This document shows positions 62,883 to 64,000 of a stretch of 64,000 bases of DNA, piece by piece. This DNA comes from Alphaproteobacteria bacterium (GTDB lineage Bacteria > Pseudomonadota > Alphaproteobacteria > JAWKYA01), in assembly GCA_041396725.1 (NCBI GenBank), contig JAWKYA010000002.1, forward strand, positions 52,650 through 116,649, read 5' to 3'. The translations under genes and the position numbers were made by a program. The notes beneath the pieces were generated by a model. That model had not been told where the DNA came from and made no database searches. It saw only the letters and a list, made by a program, of their open reading frames with translations. The stretch's first letter is position 1, and the number at the start of each line of letters is the position of its first letter.

Positions 62883-64000
62883 AACCTCCGATAAAAGTGA
62901 AACCTCTGATAAAGCCTTCGATAAAACCTATACCGAGGTAGTCGAGACATTTCGCTGGGCAATCCCGCAACAATTCAACATCGCTCAAGTCTGCTGCGAG
63001 CGGTGGGCCGACGGTCGGGGACGTCCAGCGATTATCCATGCAGCGGCTTCAGGAGCAGTCACCACCCTTACCTTCGATGCCTTAAATGCCGCCACGAACC
63101 GCCTGGCTAATCTTTTCTTGGCCCAGGGAATTCAGCGCGGCGATCGCATCGCCATTTTATTATCGCAGCGCCCCGAGACAGCCATCGCCCATCTCGCGTG
63201 TCAGAAAATTGGCGCCATCGCCGTGCCTCTGTTCGTGTTGTTTCAAACCGATGCTCTGCGGTTTCGCCTGGGAGATAGCGGCGCCCGAGCCATTGTCACC
63301 GATGCCGAGAATTGGCCCAAAATCGAAGTCCTCCGAATCGATCTTCCCCTGCTGAAAATAGCCGTTGTGATCAATCTTGATCATATCGGCACTGATACGG
63401 TAACCAACGGAGCATTGATCGATTGGGATCGAGGATTGGCCAAGGCGAGTGATCGCTTTACTGCTATCGCCACTCATATCGATGAGCCAGCCTTGATCAT
63501 TTACACCTCGGGGACCACGGGATCTCCTAAGGGTGCGCTTCATGCTCAGCGTGTTCTCTTGGGGCATTTGCCGGGAGTTGAATTTCCCCACGAATTCTTC
63601 CCACAACCAAACGACCTGTTTTGGACGCCCGCCGATTGGGCATGGATCGGCGGCTTGCTCGATGTTTTGTTGCCATCCCTGTACCATGGTGTCCCTGTCC
63701 TGGCGCAGCGGATGGCGAAGTTCGATCCGGAAGCGGCCTTTCGATTGATGGCCCAACACAAGGTTCGCAACAGCTTCCTGCCGCCCACTGCGCTGAAGCT
63801 GATGCGGGTGGTGCCTCAGCCGCAACGGTTTGGCGCTACCCTGCGGTCGATCGGCTCGGGCGGCGAAAGTCTGGGGGCCGAGATCCTGGACTGGGGTCGT
63901 GCCGCTTTCGGCCTTACGATCAATGAATTCTATGGCCAAACCGAGTGTAATCTTGTGATCGGGAACTGCGCCCGTGTGATGCCGATCCGTCCTGGCGCGA
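62866..64000 (+). CDS. AMP-dependent synthetase/ligase (acyl-CoA synthetase family), 3' end outside window
   Basis: The frame is open from the ATG at 62866 to the window end. It carries the AMP-binding motif IYTSGTTGSPKG and the downstream FYGQTE motif. Confidence 0.75.
   Translation, partial: MLPPGRTSDKSETSDKAFDKTYTEVVETFRWAIPQQFNIAQVCCERWADGRGRPAIIHAAASGAVTTLTFDALNAATNRLANLFLAQGIQRGDRIAILLSQRPETAIAHLACQKIGAIAVPLFVLFQTDALRFRLGDSGARAIVTDAENWPKIEVLRIDLPLLKIAVVINLDHIGTDTVTNGALIDWDRGLAKASDRFTAIATHIDEPALIIYTSGTTGSPKGALHAQRVLLGHLPGVEFPHEFFPQPNDLFWTPADWAWIGGLLDVLLPSLYHGVPVLAQRMAKFDPEAAFRLMAQHKVRNSFLPPTALKLMRVVPQPQRFGATLRSIGSGGESLGAEILDWGRAAFGLTINEFYGQTECNLVIGNCARVMPIRPGA

Noticed and set aside
63160-63939. 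259-aa minus-strand ORF
   Set aside because: It lies entirely antisense to the acyl-CoA synthetase gene, which has clear AMP-binding motifs. It is an Arg/Gly/Pro-rich, low-complexity translation typical of a GC-skewed shadow ORF.
1-64000. CRISPR arrays, IS elements, transposases, toxin-antitoxin or phage-defence operons
   Set aside because: I found no direct-repeat arrays, transposase (DDE) or integrase motifs, and no defence-like gene pairs on either strand. The disrupted regions are explained by decay of metabolic genes, not by mobile DNA.

Overview
This window reads as a chromosomal segment of a Rhizobiales-type (Hyphomicrobiales) alphaproteobacterium. That assignment is an inference from gene content: a ctrA-chpT-DUF3553 cell-cycle module, a DUF1194 protein, separate glyQ/glyS genes, and an IspB that resembles Brucellaceae/Bartonellaceae homologs from memory.

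Most of the window is intact housekeeping and metabolic genes:
- Translation and RNA modification: glyQ, aat, tlyA, a TrmN6-like methyltransferase, and one tRNA-Pro(CGG).
- Isoprenoid and cofactor synthesis: ispB, ispA, dxs, xseB, pdxH, aroQ, aroC, moaA, mobA, nadK.
- Fatty acid and phospholipid synthesis: accB, accC, fabI, psd, pssA, and a second CDP-alcohol phosphatidyltransferase.
- Central metabolism and transport: icd, putA, ald, aguA, apt, a ThiY/NMT1-type ABC transporter, an MFS transporter, and a MopB-family molybdopterin oxidoreductase.

The main observation is widespread gene decay, which fits a host-restricted lineage in reductive evolution or, less interestingly, an error-prone assembly. 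I found no CRISPR array, integrase, transposase or recognisable defence system.

- **Heavily degraded loci:** ppdK, glyS (normally essential), an arnC-like GT2 / ArnT-like GT83 glycosyltransferase pair, and an iron ABC-transporter pair (fbpA and its permease).
- **Genes interrupted by a single frameshift:** aguB, a rumA/rlmD-like rRNA methyltransferase, a FecR-domain protein, and probably a cytochrome c'/diheme-cytochrome read-through.
- **Other features:** a perfect 34-bp AT-rich palindrome between the DUF3553 gene and mobA; a phospholipid head-group cluster (psd-pssA-CDP-OH transferase, adjacent to a divergently transcribed hydrolase and GT1 gene pair); an intact mipZ; and a clean bidirectional intrinsic terminator.
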